Below are positions 63,083 through 64,000 of a stretch of 64,000 nt of DNA, piece by piece. Positions within the stretch are counted from its first letter, which is position 1. Every line of letters begins with the position of its first letter. The position numbers were made by a program, and so were the translations under genes. The DNA is from Basidiobolus meristosporus CBS 931.73 (taxonomy: Eukaryota > Fungi > Basidiobolomycota). The notes below the pieces were generated by a model. It was not told the DNA's origin. It saw only the letters and a list, made by a program, of their open reading frames with translations, and made no database searches. The stretch covers positions 1-64,000 of the forward strand of contig MCFE01000471.1 of assembly GCA_002104905.1 (NCBI GenBank), written 5' to 3'.

Positions 63083-64000
63083 GGGGGGAGACAGTCACCA
63101 ACAGGTGAAATCTTTATTTCAGTTGAAACAAAGAAGCCAGCGCTACTGTTGTAGCTTTGATACAAGAGTGTGTAGCTGAGGGGAATTTGTAGGTAAGTTA
63201 ATAAGAAGTGATGATAGTTCTTCAGTGCTCAAGACACTGTTGAGTGGGAAGGGGGGTAGCAAGAGAGGTAAGAATGACTTGTGAACAACATTAATGAGGG
63301 GAATGTGATAAGGATTGATATTCATCATAAAGGGAGTGTGCTGCTGCAGATATTGCTGCCAAAGGTCTGTCAAGTACTTCAGGTAGGCCAGCTTGGGTTT
63401 TTCTGACTGCAGAATAAATGCAGCAAACTTCTTGACTTCAGGATCTCCAAGTATAGTTCTCCAGCAGGAGCCAGGTGTTGTGTGGTGTGTTCTCTTCCAG
63501 GCCTTAATCAGTGGGTTATTGCAGTTGTGAAGTCTGAGGTATAATCTGGTTCTAAGGTAGAGAAGTCTGATCTTATAGGGCATAAACCCAAAAGCACCAA
63601 GAATAGCATGTCTGTAGGGGCATTCAGGCAAATGAGGCACCAAGGAGGTAATGCACCATACTGCAAACTTGTCAAGCTTAGTGCAGTCTCTAGAAGTAAG
63701 AGAGAGAAGTGGTAAGCCAAATTCCAGGACAGGGAAGACAAACTGCTTGAGTAGAAGGAGGCAGCTGGGAGCTGAAGTTGTAGGAGGAGTAACAGCCAGT
63801 AGCTTGTGGAGTGCCTGTCTTGCCAGGATAATTCTCTTCTTCAGGTGTGCTCCAGAGTCTAGTCCAGTAGGAAGGAAAGGAAAGCCAAGATATGTAGCAG
63901 AAACCTGAGCAGGTAAGTGGAGTTCTCCAAGTTGATGGGAGAGCCCAAAGGTACTGTCTTTGCAATGGAAAGCTGGAGATTATTCTTCTGCAGATACTGG
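63083..64000 (-). mobile_element. LINE copy 4, 3' end fused to the 5' end of copy 3; runs off the window
   Basis: G6 at 63083-63088 followed by the same 3' UTR and the ORF2 C-terminus (63143-63643). Confidence 0.93.

Overview
Eukaryotic, very likely fungal, genomic DNA; an early-diverging insect-associated lineage such as Entomophthorales is inferred, not proven. A 22.4-kb CpG-rich gene island (30039-52410) holds seven intron-containing or single-exon genes: YPT1/Rab1, WDR26/GID7, a secreted CE4 deacetylase, a C2H2 transcription factor, a velvet-domain protein, an S1 protease with a GPI-like tail, and CaMK1. CpG-depleted transposon DNA lies on both sides. The left side is a deeply nested stack of one Ty3/Gypsy element, three Copia elements primed by a half-tRNA, and at least four copies of a CACTA/EnSpm-like DNA transposon with CCC...GGG ends and 4-bp target duplications. 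The right side has a young Copia followed by a cluster of an unusual LINE. This LINE has no CpG in 2.8 kb of coding sequence and no poly(A). It ends in a hairpin plus CCCCCC-TAA(C), and its ORF2 is reachable only through an in-frame UGA-CUA stop or a non-AUG start. It shares its 3' tail with a tRNA-derived SINE, and the two occur as head-to-tail chimeras. This LINE/SINE system is the most novel-looking signal in the window.
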